56,062 nt of DNA, taken from the IMG/VR virus record IMGVR_UViG_3300032007_000113; one strand, written 5' to 3'. Below the pieces are notes generated by a model, which did not search any database, was not told the DNA's origin, and worked only from the letters and a program-made list of their open reading frames with translations. Numbering within the stretch: position 1 is the stretch's first letter; each line of letters opens with the position of its first letter. Both the position numbers and the translations under genes were made by a program. The DNA is from a virus. Positions 17,118-25,044 of this stretch are shown in pieces.

Positions 17118-17378
17118 ATGAAGAAGGTCAATTTTAAAACAATCACCATCAAGGACATCAACGGCAACGACATCGTGGCCGACTTCCAGAAGCAACTCGG
17201 CAACCAGCTCTACATGCAAGGCCAGAACATCGAGGAGTGCGAACTTGGCAAGAAGATATACTTTACGCCAGACGACGAAGCCACCGAACTGGATGACAAG
17301 GAGGTGGCCATTGTCCGCAAGGCTGTCCAAGGCTACAGCTACGTGGCACGCACGGCCATCGAGCAGGCACTTGGGTAA
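17118..17378 (+). CDS. hypothetical protein
   Basis: 86-aa ORF. Confidence 0.55.
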   Translation: MKKVNFKTITIKDINGNDIVADFQKQLGNQLYMQGQNIEECELGKKIYFTPDDEATELDDKEVAIVRKAVQGYSYVARTAIEQALG

Positions 17379-17418
17379 ACCCCTGCAAGGTTTTCCGTGT
17401 ATTATAAAAAAGAAGGTT

Positions 17419-17643
17419 ATGAAAATATTCACGGACAAAACACGTTGGCAGCACTTCGGTTGGGCAATTCCAATCGGAGCGTTGCTGACCATTCTATGTG
17501 TGCTGGGTGTTGCCACCGGCATGGAGTTCAAGGACTACCAGTGGTGCGGCAAGGCAGATTGGAAGGACTGGCTGTGTACCATGATGGGCGGCACGGTTGG
17601 TCAAGTGGTACAACTTTTAATCATTTTTGCTATATGGAGATAA
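17419..17643 (+). CDS. holin candidate (74 aa, two TM segments)
   Basis: ATG 17419 after aagaagg; WAIPIGALLTILCVLGVATG and GGTVGQVVQLLIIFAIW hydrophobic spans; sits upstream of the endolysin. Confidence 0.5.
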   Translation: MKIFTDKTRWQHFGWAIPIGALLTILCVLGVATGMEFKDYQWCGKADWKDWLCTMMGGTVGQVVQLLIIFAIWR

Positions 17644-18143
17644 CACTGGATGCAATCATCTCGTTCATCGGGCTCTTCCTTAGTGGCGGTGCCGGTGCGT
17701 TCTTTACGTGGAAATGGCAGAAGCGCAAGGCCAAGGCCGAGGCCATGACCGCTGAGGTAGATGCTGCCAAAGACATGCAGGACTTGTATCAGCAGATGCT
17801 CTCTGACACCAAGGAAGAGCGCGAAGACCGCAAAAAGCAGATCGACGAACTACGCAGCGAGCGCGACCACTACAAGGACGAGCGCAACGAACTGCGCGAC
17901 AAGATGGAGCAGCTGACGCGCTCGTTCATGGACTGGCGCATCGAGGCCGACAACGACCGCTCGAAGATGAAGATGGACATTGCCAAGCTGGGCAGAAAGG
18001 TGGAGACCATGGTCCCTTTTATGTGTGGCAACCTAACATGCAAAGACCGTCAGCGCGTAGTACTTGCGGACGACGGAACGGTTAGGCCCAAGAAGACAAG
18101 CAAGAAGCAAGATATTGACCCAGTAGAAAGCGATGCACTATGA
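17634..18143 (+). CDS. N-terminal TM + coiled-coil protein (i-spanin-like)
   Basis: ATG 17634 overlaps the holin end; IISFIGLFLSGGAGAFFTW TM then charged coiled coil; C-terminal PFMCGNLTCKDRQRVV motif. Confidence 0.5.
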   Translation: MEITLDAIISFIGLFLSGGAGAFFTWKWQKRKAKAEAMTAEVDAAKDMQDLYQQMLSDTKEEREDRKKQIDELRSERDHYKDERNELRDKMEQLTRSFMDWRIEADNDRSKMKMDIAKLGRKVETMVPFMCGNLTCKDRQRVVLADDGTVRPKKTSKKQDIDPVESDAL

Positions 18144-18586
18144 GCACACTCGTCACCAAGCACTTCACAATAGAAGAACTATACGCCTCGGCAACGGCCA
18201 AGGCGCGAGGCATCGACAACAAGCCCGACGTTCACCAGATGATCAATCTGGTCTATCTGGCCGTCTACGTGCTCGAACCCTTGCGCAAGGCCGTTGGCGA
18301 ACCCATCAAGATAGGCAGCGGCTTCCGCTCGGAGCGACTGAACAAGGCCGTGGGTGGTGTATCGAACTCACAGCATACGAAGGGCCAAGCGGCAGACCTC
18401 TGCATTGACGGCGACATGAAGAAAGGCCGCAGGTGGTTCGACTACATCCGTCAGCATCTCGACTTCGACCAACTGATATGGGAGAAAAACCCCAAGACGG
18501 GCAACTACTGGGTACACGTCAGCTACGTCCATCCCGACTTCGGTCGCAACCGCCGACAAGTCATCGATGGCCTTCTGAAAAAGTAA
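18140..18586 (+). CDS. endolysin, peptidase M15 (D-Ala-D-Ala carboxypeptidase-like) family
   Basis: SGFRSERLNKAVGGVSNSQHTKGQAADL metal-site pattern. Confidence 0.8.
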   Translation: MSTLVTKHFTIEELYASATAKARGIDNKPDVHQMINLVYLAVYVLEPLRKAVGEPIKIGSGFRSERLNKAVGGVSNSQHTKGQAADLCIDGDMKKGRRWFDYIRQHLDFDQLIWEKNPKTGNYWVHVSYVHPDFGRNRRQVIDGLLKK

Positions 18587-18684
18587 AGTAAGTACATAAG
18601 CATTCCGCAAGCATTCCGTGAGGAAGGAAGGAATTTGGTTTCATAATAAGGTTTTTTTTGTTTTAGTAGTTAGTAATTATTGTC

Positions 18685-18709
18685 AGGCTCGCGGAGGCGA
18701 GCCTTTTTT
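18685..18709 (+). terminator. rho-independent terminator after the lysis cassette
   Basis: aggctcgc-ggag-gcgagcct followed by ttttttgtttt. Confidence 0.8.
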
Positions 18710-18717
18710 GTTTTCAT

Positions 18718-18757
18718 TGCTCATTATTAATTATTCATTATTAATTATTCATTAGGC
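18718..18757 (-). repeat. AT-rich intergenic element, inverted orientation
   Basis: tgctcattattaattattcattattaattattcattaggc. Confidence 0.65.
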
Positions 18758-18823
18758 GCAAGCCGAAAGAGTAAACCCCAAGCCATATTTCGCCAGATTT
18801 ATAGAATTAAAAATCGACGAAAT

Positions 18824-19132
18824 ATGAAATTTCTCACATTTGAACAAATCCAAGCCCAGCTCCGGCTCGACGATGCACAGGCGACGGAAGAGCACGACCT
18901 GCTGGAGTTGTACGGCGAGGCTGCTGAGGATATGGTGCTGAACACACTGAACCGCACCATCACCGACATCTTCGAGCAGTACGGCACAGTGCCGAAGGCG
19001 TTGGTGCAGGCAGGACTCATGCTTGTGGCACAGTCGTACCAGCACCGCGAACCCATGAGTCCGCAGAACCTCTATACCGTGCCCTACGCCTTCGACCTCC
19101 TGCTTAAGCCGTACATCAAGCTGACCACTTAA
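18824..19132 (+). CDS. head-tail adaptor (gp6-like connector)
   Basis: MKFLTFEQIQAQLRLDDAQATEEHDLLELYGEAAEDMV matches the gp6-like N-terminal pattern. Confidence 0.7.
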   Translation: MKFLTFEQIQAQLRLDDAQATEEHDLLELYGEAAEDMVLNTLNRTITDIFEQYGTVPKALVQAGLMLVAQSYQHREPMSPQNLYTVPYAFDLLLKPYIKLTT

Positions 19133-19147
19133 CCACACATAACGAAT

Positions 19148-19822
19148 ATGGAAACAAAAAAGATATTCTATCAGAGTGACTTCCGACTCGTGGAATCAAG
19201 CGATGCCGGATTCGGGGTGCCGTTCCGTTTTACCTACTACACGGCGAACCCCCTGCAAGCATGGGTGGCTACCTTTGACGGCCACGAGTACACGAACTGC
19301 GAGGTGGACGGCGACGGTAGGTTGTGTGTCGGCTTCGATGACCACAAGCTTGGTGTCGGCACGCTCATGGTTGAGCGTCGTTACTACCTCACCGATGAAC
19401 ACTACCAGAGCGGCATCTGCGATGAGGTGATAGAGCCTACGCCTGTCATCATCACTGAGGAAGAGGAAGGCGTGGAAGTGGAGATGAACGTGGTGCTGGG
19501 CTTCGACGGTTGCACGGCACCTACCGTAACCAGTGAGATACCTCCGTACTGGACGAAGGGCGACAAGGGCGACCCAGGCCCCGTCGGTCCACAAGGCCCG
19601 CAGGGTGAACAAGGCCCCGTCGGTCCGCAAGGCCCACAGGGTGAACAAGGCCCGCAAGGTATCCAGGGCGAACAAGGCCCCGAAGGTCCGAGTGGCGGCA
19701 TGCTATTCCCTACGATGTCGTTTAACCCAGAGACAGGCATCCTGACCGTGCGCGGACTTCAGCAAGAGGTGCAGCGCATCAGTTATGATGAGGAAACTGC
19801 CGAGCTGATCATCAGATTGTAA
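19148..19822 (+). CDS. collagen-like repeat protein
   Basis: [46 protein letters not shown] (15 G-X-Y triplets). Confidence 0.7.
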   Translation: METKKIFYQSDFRLVESSDAGFGVPFRFTYYTANPLQAWVATFDGHEYTNCEVDGDGRLCVGFDDHKLGVGTLMVERRYYLTDEHYQSGICDEVIEPTPVIITEEEEGVEVEMNVVLGFDGCTAPTVTSEIPPYWTKGDKGDPGPVGPQGPQGEQGPVGPQGPQGEQGPQGIQGEQGPEGPSGGMLFPTMSFNPETGILTVRGLQQEVQRISYDEETAELIIRL

Positions 19823-19843
19823 AACCAATAAAAACGAAAAGAT

Positions 19844-21766
19844 ATGGCAAACGAAAACATCCAAGAATTGAAGTTCCAGGTGGGTGAGGCATGGAAGGGT
19901 GTCTATTCTTCCAGTACCGCCTACGGACTGGCTAACGTGGTGCAAGACTCTACTGGCCTGAGCATCTATCGCTCATTGAAGAGCGGCAACGTGGGTCATC
20001 CTGTCAGCGACCGCACATGGTGGTTCTGTATCATCGACCTTTCGAGTATCAAGGAAGAGAGTGAACGCATTGCAGCCCTCAATGAGGCCATCGCACAGGA
20101 CGAAGCCTTGCGCGTGGCAGCAGAGGAATTGCGCCAGCAGCATGAATCGGCACGTATCGCCGCTGAAACCCAGCGCAACGAATCGGAGCAGGCACGCATC
20201 AGTGCCGAACAAGCCCGTGTGAATGCTGAAAGCGCAAGGGCAACAGCAGAGCAGCAGCGCATCACGGCTGAACAAGGTCGCGTGAGTGCCGAGTCAGCAC
20301 GAGTGCAAGCAGAGCAAGCCCGTGTATTGGCTGAAACTCTCCGTGCCAATGCCGAGGATGCTCGTGCAGCAGCAGAAATCAACCGCAATGCCGCTGAACA
20401 GCAGCGCATCACCAATGAGCAAGCACGCGAGACGCAGTATGCGGCAGATCATACACAGGCGGTAGCCGACCACGAGACAGCTACCGCCGACCACACACAG
20501 GCAGAACAAGACCATACACAGGCCGAGGAAGACCACACACAGGCAGGTGATGACCATACCCGTGCGGAAAGTGACCATACCACAGCGGCAAGTGACCACA
20601 CCCAGGCAGGCAGTGACCACACCACCGCTGCCGCCGACCACACACAGGCGACAACAGACCATACCCGTGCGGAGAGCGACCACGGCATTGCGGCTGCTGA
20701 CCATCAGCAGGCCGTTCAAGACCATGAGACGCTGGCTCCTACCGTGGCAGAGCATACCCAGCAGATAGCGGGGTTGGGCACCAGTAAGCAGGACGTCATC
20801 GCCAATCTTGCCACTATAGCGATGGGAAGCGGTGTTAGTCACGATGACACCTACTCCGACATTCGCACAGCAACGATTGCCAACTTTATCCTGTTGACTA
20901 ATGCAAAGGTAGATATATTATTCACCACTCCGATTAACGCAGCAGATGCAACGCTCGACGTGAGTCTGACGGGTGCAAAGCCCATCCGCATCCTCGGACA
21001 GAACCTGCCCGCTGGAGTGGTGAAGGCACAGACCTACGTGACAATGGCCTACGACGGCACGGCATGGAATATCACCAACATCTTCTGTCCTGACGCATCG
21101 TTCGACCCCGCTGCACTCGTGGTGGATATGGGTCTGCCTTCAGGCGTGAAGTGGGCTGCCCGTGACATCGACCTGACCAAGCCTGGCGGATTCTGCGAGA
21201 CGCCGTTCATCTACGAGAAGAGCTTCTTCAGTTGGGGCAACATCGACGGCCATAACCCCAGCAGCGCGTCGGCCTTCGCCTACGACTGGGGCGGCGTGAA
21301 CGGAGCCGAACCGTGGTATGATGGTCAGGTATATGGCAGTACGCCAGGCAACACGCTGACAGGTAACATCGCCGTGGGTGAAGATTTCGACGCAGCCCGT
21401 GCCAACCTTGGAGAGCCTTGGCGTATGCCAACAAGTGCCGAGTTCGCGGAGCTGTTCGCCAATATCAAGTACATCAATGCTGACGGCACGGAGGTGGACA
21501 CCACAAAGGCCGACAAGCGAGTGACCGTGAATGGCGTGATGGGCCTCTATCTGGAGAGCAAAATCAACGGCGCACGTCTGTTCTTCTCCTGCTCGGGCGA
21601 CGGCAATGGCCGCACGTGGGACAACAGAGGGTCGATCGGCTACTACTGGTCTTCCACTTGGCTCTCAGCCCGCTACGCACGGCTCCTGCACTTCTACTCA
21701 GGCGGAGTCATTCCGCAGAACTACTACTATCGGTACGTCGGTTTCGCCTTGAGGCCTGTGCAGTAA
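19844..21766 (+). CDS. DGR target protein: coiled-coil fibre-like protein with C-terminal lectin/FGE-like variable domain
   Basis: Last 188 nt before the stop are the VR; AEQAR and DHTQA low-complexity repeats; C-terminus GYYWSS...GFALRPVQ. Confidence 0.85.
   Translation: MANENIQELKFQVGEAWKGVYSSSTAYGLANVVQDSTGLSIYRSLKSGNVGHPVSDRTWWFCIIDLSSIKEESERIAALNEAIAQDEALRVAAEELRQQHESARIAAETQRNESEQARISAEQARVNAESARATAEQQRITAEQGRVSAESARVQAEQARVLAETLRANAEDARAAAEINRNAAEQQRITNEQARETQYAADHTQAVADHETATADHTQAEQDHTQAEEDHTQAGDDHTRAESDHTTAASDHTQAGSDHTTAAADHTQATTDHTRAESDHGIAAADHQQAVQDHETLAPTVAEHTQQIAGLGTSKQDVIANLATIAMGSGVSHDDTYSDIRTATIANFILLTNAKVDILFTTPINAADATLDVSLTGAKPIRILGQNLPAGVVKAQTYVTMAYDGTAWNITNIFCPDASFDPAALVVDMGLPSGVKWAARDIDLTKPGGFCETPFIYEKSFFSWGNIDGHNPSSASAFAYDWGGVNGAEPWYDGQVYGSTPGNTLTGNIAVGEDFDAARANLGEPWRMPTSAEFAELFANIKYINADGTEVDTTKADKRVTVNGVMGLYLESKINGARLFFSCSGDGNGRTWDNRGSIGYYWSSTWLSARYARLLHFYSGGVIPQNYYYRYVGFALRPVQ
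21576..21763 (+). repeat. DGR variable repeat (VR)
   Basis: 188-nt match to 22736..22923 with 17 mismatches, every one opposite a TR adenine. Confidence 0.92.
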
Positions 21767-21782
21767 CTTAACTTTTTCGTTC
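21765..21782 (+). repeat. left arm of an 18-nt perfect inverted repeat (partner 22581..22598)
   Basis: aacttaactttttcgttc, reverse complement gaacgaaaaagttaagtt. Confidence 0.85.
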
Positions 21783-21797
21783 ACCCGAAAGAGTTCA

Positions 21798-21863
21798 ATC
21801 TATTTCTGTCTTGTCGCGCGTCCAACGCGCCGACAGGCGCGGCGCGACAAGGCGGGAATAGAT
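21798..21863 (+). other. GC-rich nested hairpin/cruciform 35 nt downstream of VR
   Basis: atctatt/aatagat, cttgtcgcgc/gcgcgacaag and cgcgcc-gaca-ggcgcg stems. Confidence 0.75.
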
Positions 21864-21895
21864 GCTAAGAATGGATAGAAAAGATACATAAAGAT

Positions 21896-22540
21896 ATGGC
21901 AAAATTAGCAGACATCCTGCAACAAGAACGCGAACGCGACACAGCAGATCAGTGGGGCATCATCCACCTCTACAAGACTGGCTCGTTTTATTCGGCATAC
22001 GAGTGGAGCGCGTGGCTCATCTCCGTCATCACATTCAACGACGAGGTGCGCATGGCGACGAAAGACCGCAGGCCAATAGCCGTGACGCGCCTCCCGATGA
22101 AGGATAGCAACGAGACCTTCTGCCGCGTTGGATTTCCGCTAAAGAGCATTGAGAAGTATATCCCCACACGACTTGACTTCAACAGCGAGGACGATAAGCA
22201 TATTGTTATCACCGTAGCCTTGCCACAACCGCAGGACGGCAGCGAAGTAACCTACGAGCGGTTGTCAGAAGCGATAAAGAAGTGGAAGGAGGCACAGCCG
22301 ATGAAGCAACCAAAGGACAAGAAGGATAGCGACCCGCAGGAAGACACCGACCGCCAGCCCGCACAAGGTAAGCCGAAGCGGACGCTGCTGTCGCTGATAC
22401 AAGAGGCACAACAGCAGCAGGCACCGGCGCAAGGCGGTCTGATCATGCAGATTATGTCATATCAACTCTCACAGCATACGCCAGCGGAAAACTACGATTT
22501 TATCCAACGGCTGCAACAACAGATAGCATCCATTCTCTAA
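21896..22540 (+). CDS. DGR accessory protein, MutS-domain-I-like N-terminus (not a canonical Avd)
   Basis: IIHLYKTGSFYSAYEWSA...RLPMK...RVGFPLKSIEKYIP parallels the MutS pattern LFYRMGDFYELF..DA...IPMAGIP....YL; lies between VR and TR. Confidence 0.55.
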   Translation: MAKLADILQQERERDTADQWGIIHLYKTGSFYSAYEWSAWLISVITFNDEVRMATKDRRPIAVTRLPMKDSNETFCRVGFPLKSIEKYIPTRLDFNSEDDKHIVITVALPQPQDGSEVTYERLSEAIKKWKEAQPMKQPKDKKDSDPQEDTDRQPAQGKPKRTLLSLIQEAQQQQAPAQGGLIMQIMSYQLSQHTPAENYDFIQRLQQQIASIL

Positions 22541-22580
22541 CAGCAAGCACACCTCAGATGAGTCCGTCACACCAAAAGCA

Positions 22581-22598
22581 GAACGAAAAAGTTAAGTT
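22581..22598 (+). repeat. right arm of the 18-nt inverted repeat (partner 21765..21782)
   Basis: gaacgaaaaagttaagtt. Confidence 0.85.
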
Positions 22599-22735
22599 CA
22601 TAGGTTGCCCGTCATACCTCCGTGGGAGGCGTGAAAAAAGAAAGACGAGCAGTGGCTTCCGCCTCATGGATTCCGCAGCACCAGTCGTATAGGTGGCAAC
22701 CGACGCAAAAACATCAACAGTACACAGCCTTCAGG

Positions 22736-22923
22736 GTCTGTTCTTCTCCTGCTCGGGCAACGGCAATGGCCGCACGTGGAACAACAGAGGGTCGAACGGC
22801 AACTACTGGTCTTCCACTTGGAACTCAGCCCGCAACGCACGGAACCTGAACTTCAACTCAGGCGGAGTCAATCCGCAGAACAACAACAATCGGTACAACG
22901 GTTTCGCCTTGAGGCCTGTGCAG
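22736..22923 (+). repeat. DGR template repeat (TR)
   Basis: Carries 17 AAC/AAT codons in the VR-equivalent frame; lies 29 nt upstream of the RT start. Confidence 0.92.
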
Positions 22924-22952
22924 CACTTCTCAATTTCTTCTGAACATTCTTA

Positions 22953-24143
22953 ATGACGAACCAACTTGCTGCCGGATGCTATCATCTTACACGCTCGCAA
23001 CTGCTCTACGACCTCTATGTGGCCTTCTACGATGCTGCAAGGCATAAACACAAGATGTCGTATGTACAGAAGTTCGAGCAAAACCTGCGCCAGAACCTCG
23101 AAGAACTTTGCGACGATCTGCTGACACGCAGATATAAGGCACTTCCCTCGAAGTGCTTTATTGTTTCTTACCCCAAGAAGCGCGAGGTGTTTTGCGCTGC
23201 CTTCCGCGACCGCATCATACATCACCTTTATTTCCGCTACACACACCAACTATTCGAGCGCACCTTCATTGCCGACAGTTATTCCTGCATCGAAGGGCGC
23301 GGCACCCACTACGGCATCAGTCGTATTCGTCAGCATATCCGCGAAGCCTCGCTCAACTGGCAAGAACCCGCCTATGCCATGAGCCTTGACATTCGTGGCT
23401 ATTTCATGCACATCAATCGTGAGAAACTGCTGAAGATAGCCACCGATTCGCTCCGCAAGATGAGCACCCACCGCGTAGGACTGAGCGAAGACATAGAGGG
23501 CATACCAAGCGGCGTGCTGCTGAAACCTGCAACACGTTGGTGTGACATCCGAGACTTTGACTTCATCCTGTGGCTCACCGAGCAGATAGTCATGCTTGAC
23601 CCGATGGAACATTGCATCATCGTTGGCGACCTCCATGATTGGGACGATATAGACCATGCCAAATGTATGCGCTTCGCAGAGCCAGGTGTGGCATTGCCCA
23701 TCGGTAATCTTACCTCGCAACTCTTCAGCAACGTCTATTTGAACGTCTTCGACCAATTCATCAAGCGCGACATCAAGTGTCGTCACTATGGACGCTATGT
23801 GGATGATTCGGTACAGATAGACACTGACCGCGAATGGCTCATCCAGCAAGTGCCACAAGAACGGGAGTTCCTGGCTGATGAATTAGGCTTACAACTGCAC
23901 ATGGGTAAACTCCACATTCAGGAGATACACAGCGGCGTGGAATTTCTTGGTTCTTTTGTGAAACCCTACCGCGACTACGTGAGCAATAAGACGCTGGAGC
24001 GCATGACTAAGAAGATACAGGAGATAGACCTTCGCAACGAAGAGAAAGCACGGCGCACAATAGATTCATACCTCGGCATTTTGAGCCACACGGCAAGTCG
24101 TTGCATCACACAAGATTTACTGAGTAAACCCCTGGCAGCATAA
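22953..24143 (+). CDS. DGR reverse transcriptase
   Basis: LPIGNLTSQLFSNVYLN (I/LGxxxSQ hallmark), GRYVDDSV (YxDD), 396 aa. Confidence 0.9.
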   Translation: MTNQLAAGCYHLTRSQLLYDLYVAFYDAARHKHKMSYVQKFEQNLRQNLEELCDDLLTRRYKALPSKCFIVSYPKKREVFCAAFRDRIIHHLYFRYTHQLFERTFIADSYSCIEGRGTHYGISRIRQHIREASLNWQEPAYAMSLDIRGYFMHINREKLLKIATDSLRKMSTHRVGLSEDIEGIPSGVLLKPATRWCDIRDFDFILWLTEQIVMLDPMEHCIIVGDLHDWDDIDHAKCMRFAEPGVALPIGNLTSQLFSNVYLNVFDQFIKRDIKCRHYGRYVDDSVQIDTDREWLIQQVPQEREFLADELGLQLHMGKLHIQEIHSGVEFLGSFVKPYRDYVSNKTLERMTKKIQEIDLRNEEKARRTIDSYLGILSHTASRCITQDLLSKPLAA

Positions 24144-24178
24144 TGCACGATAAGTAGAGACTTTAAACGCAAACGATT

Positions 24179-24721
24179 ATGAATAAAGTAAACGGAAAGA
24201 AGACCTCCTTCGCACCGATACGCGAAGATGGCAGCCGTATCACCATCTGCTACGGCATGACCAAGGCGAGTGGCGACCTATATGAGTGGTATGAAATCTA
24301 TCTGCCAAAGAAGCAGAACGCGCAACTGACGTTACAGCTGGTGAAGGATGCTATTGAGAATGACATCAACAGCCGCGTGGACGAAAAAATCCTTTGTAGC
24401 TATCCTTGGACTGTGCTGCATGGTGATGATGCAGGCAAGGACGTGAAGGTATGGCTGTCGAAGGAGAACCAAAGCAACTTCAAGGCAAAGTATGACTTGC
24501 ACTTCACCAAGCCGGAGGCTCTGACCTTCCCCACCATCTACAAGATAGCAGAGGACGATGACCACAATGCCGTGTTTGAGGTCTTCCAGAACTTCGAGGA
24601 GCTGGAAGCATTCTATCTCGGCGGTATTGCCTACATCGAGCAATGCTATCAGGCCGGCTGGCAGGAGAAGGGCGGCATAGACTGGACACCCTACGAGGAC
24701 TATTTCAAGACCGAAGAGTAA
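24179..24721 (+). CDS. hypothetical protein
   Basis: 180-aa ORF. Confidence 0.55.
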   Translation: MNKVNGKKTSFAPIREDGSRITICYGMTKASGDLYEWYEIYLPKKQNAQLTLQLVKDAIENDINSRVDEKILCSYPWTVLHGDDAGKDVKVWLSKENQSNFKAKYDLHFTKPEALTFPTIYKIAEDDDHNAVFEVFQNFEELEAFYLGGIAYIEQCYQAGWQEKGGIDWTPYEDYFKTEE

Positions 24722-25039
24722 ATGGCATACACAAGTGGACTATTGAAGTACCGCGTGACGATCCTGAACAAGCAGGTGGCGAGTGGGTTTGGTGAGACTA
24801 CTTCTTACCAGCCTGCTGCTACCGTTTGGGCGGATGTGACGTGGTCAAAGGGTGTGAAGGCTTTGCGTGAGGGTGCCCTCGATGCCTATGACACGGTGCT
24901 CATTCGCATGAGGTATAACGACGTGGTGACGCGTGACTCCCGGTTGCAACATGATGGCGTGACGTATCAGATTCAATCGCTACACGCTGACCGTCAGGAG
25001 AACACCATTCAGATCACAGCTACGGAAATCGTAAAATAG
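24722..25039 (+). CDS. head closure protein (SPP1 gp16 / HK97 gp7-like)
   Basis: TVWADVTWSKG...LIRMRYNDVVTRDSRLQHDGVTYQIQS fits the head-tail joining family pattern. Confidence 0.7.
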   Translation: MAYTSGLLKYRVTILNKQVASGFGETTSYQPAATVWADVTWSKGVKALREGALDAYDTVLIRMRYNDVVTRDSRLQHDGVTYQIQSLHADRQENTIQITATEIVK

Positions 25040-25044
25040 AGACT

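Noticed and set aside
17245-17633. Upstream extensions of track ORFs 17245..17643 and 17397..18143
   Set aside because: The extensions overlap the preceding gene or intergenic sequence out of context. The ATGs at 17419 and 17634 give compact membrane proteins with sensible topology and gene overlaps.
22693-22953. 86-aa + strand ORF covering the TR (..SCSGNGNGRTWNNRGSNGNYWSS..)
   Set aside because: It is the template repeat read in the VR frame. It has no plausible start context, is Asn-saturated as expected for a TR, and runs into the RT start. It is a template RNA, not a CDS.
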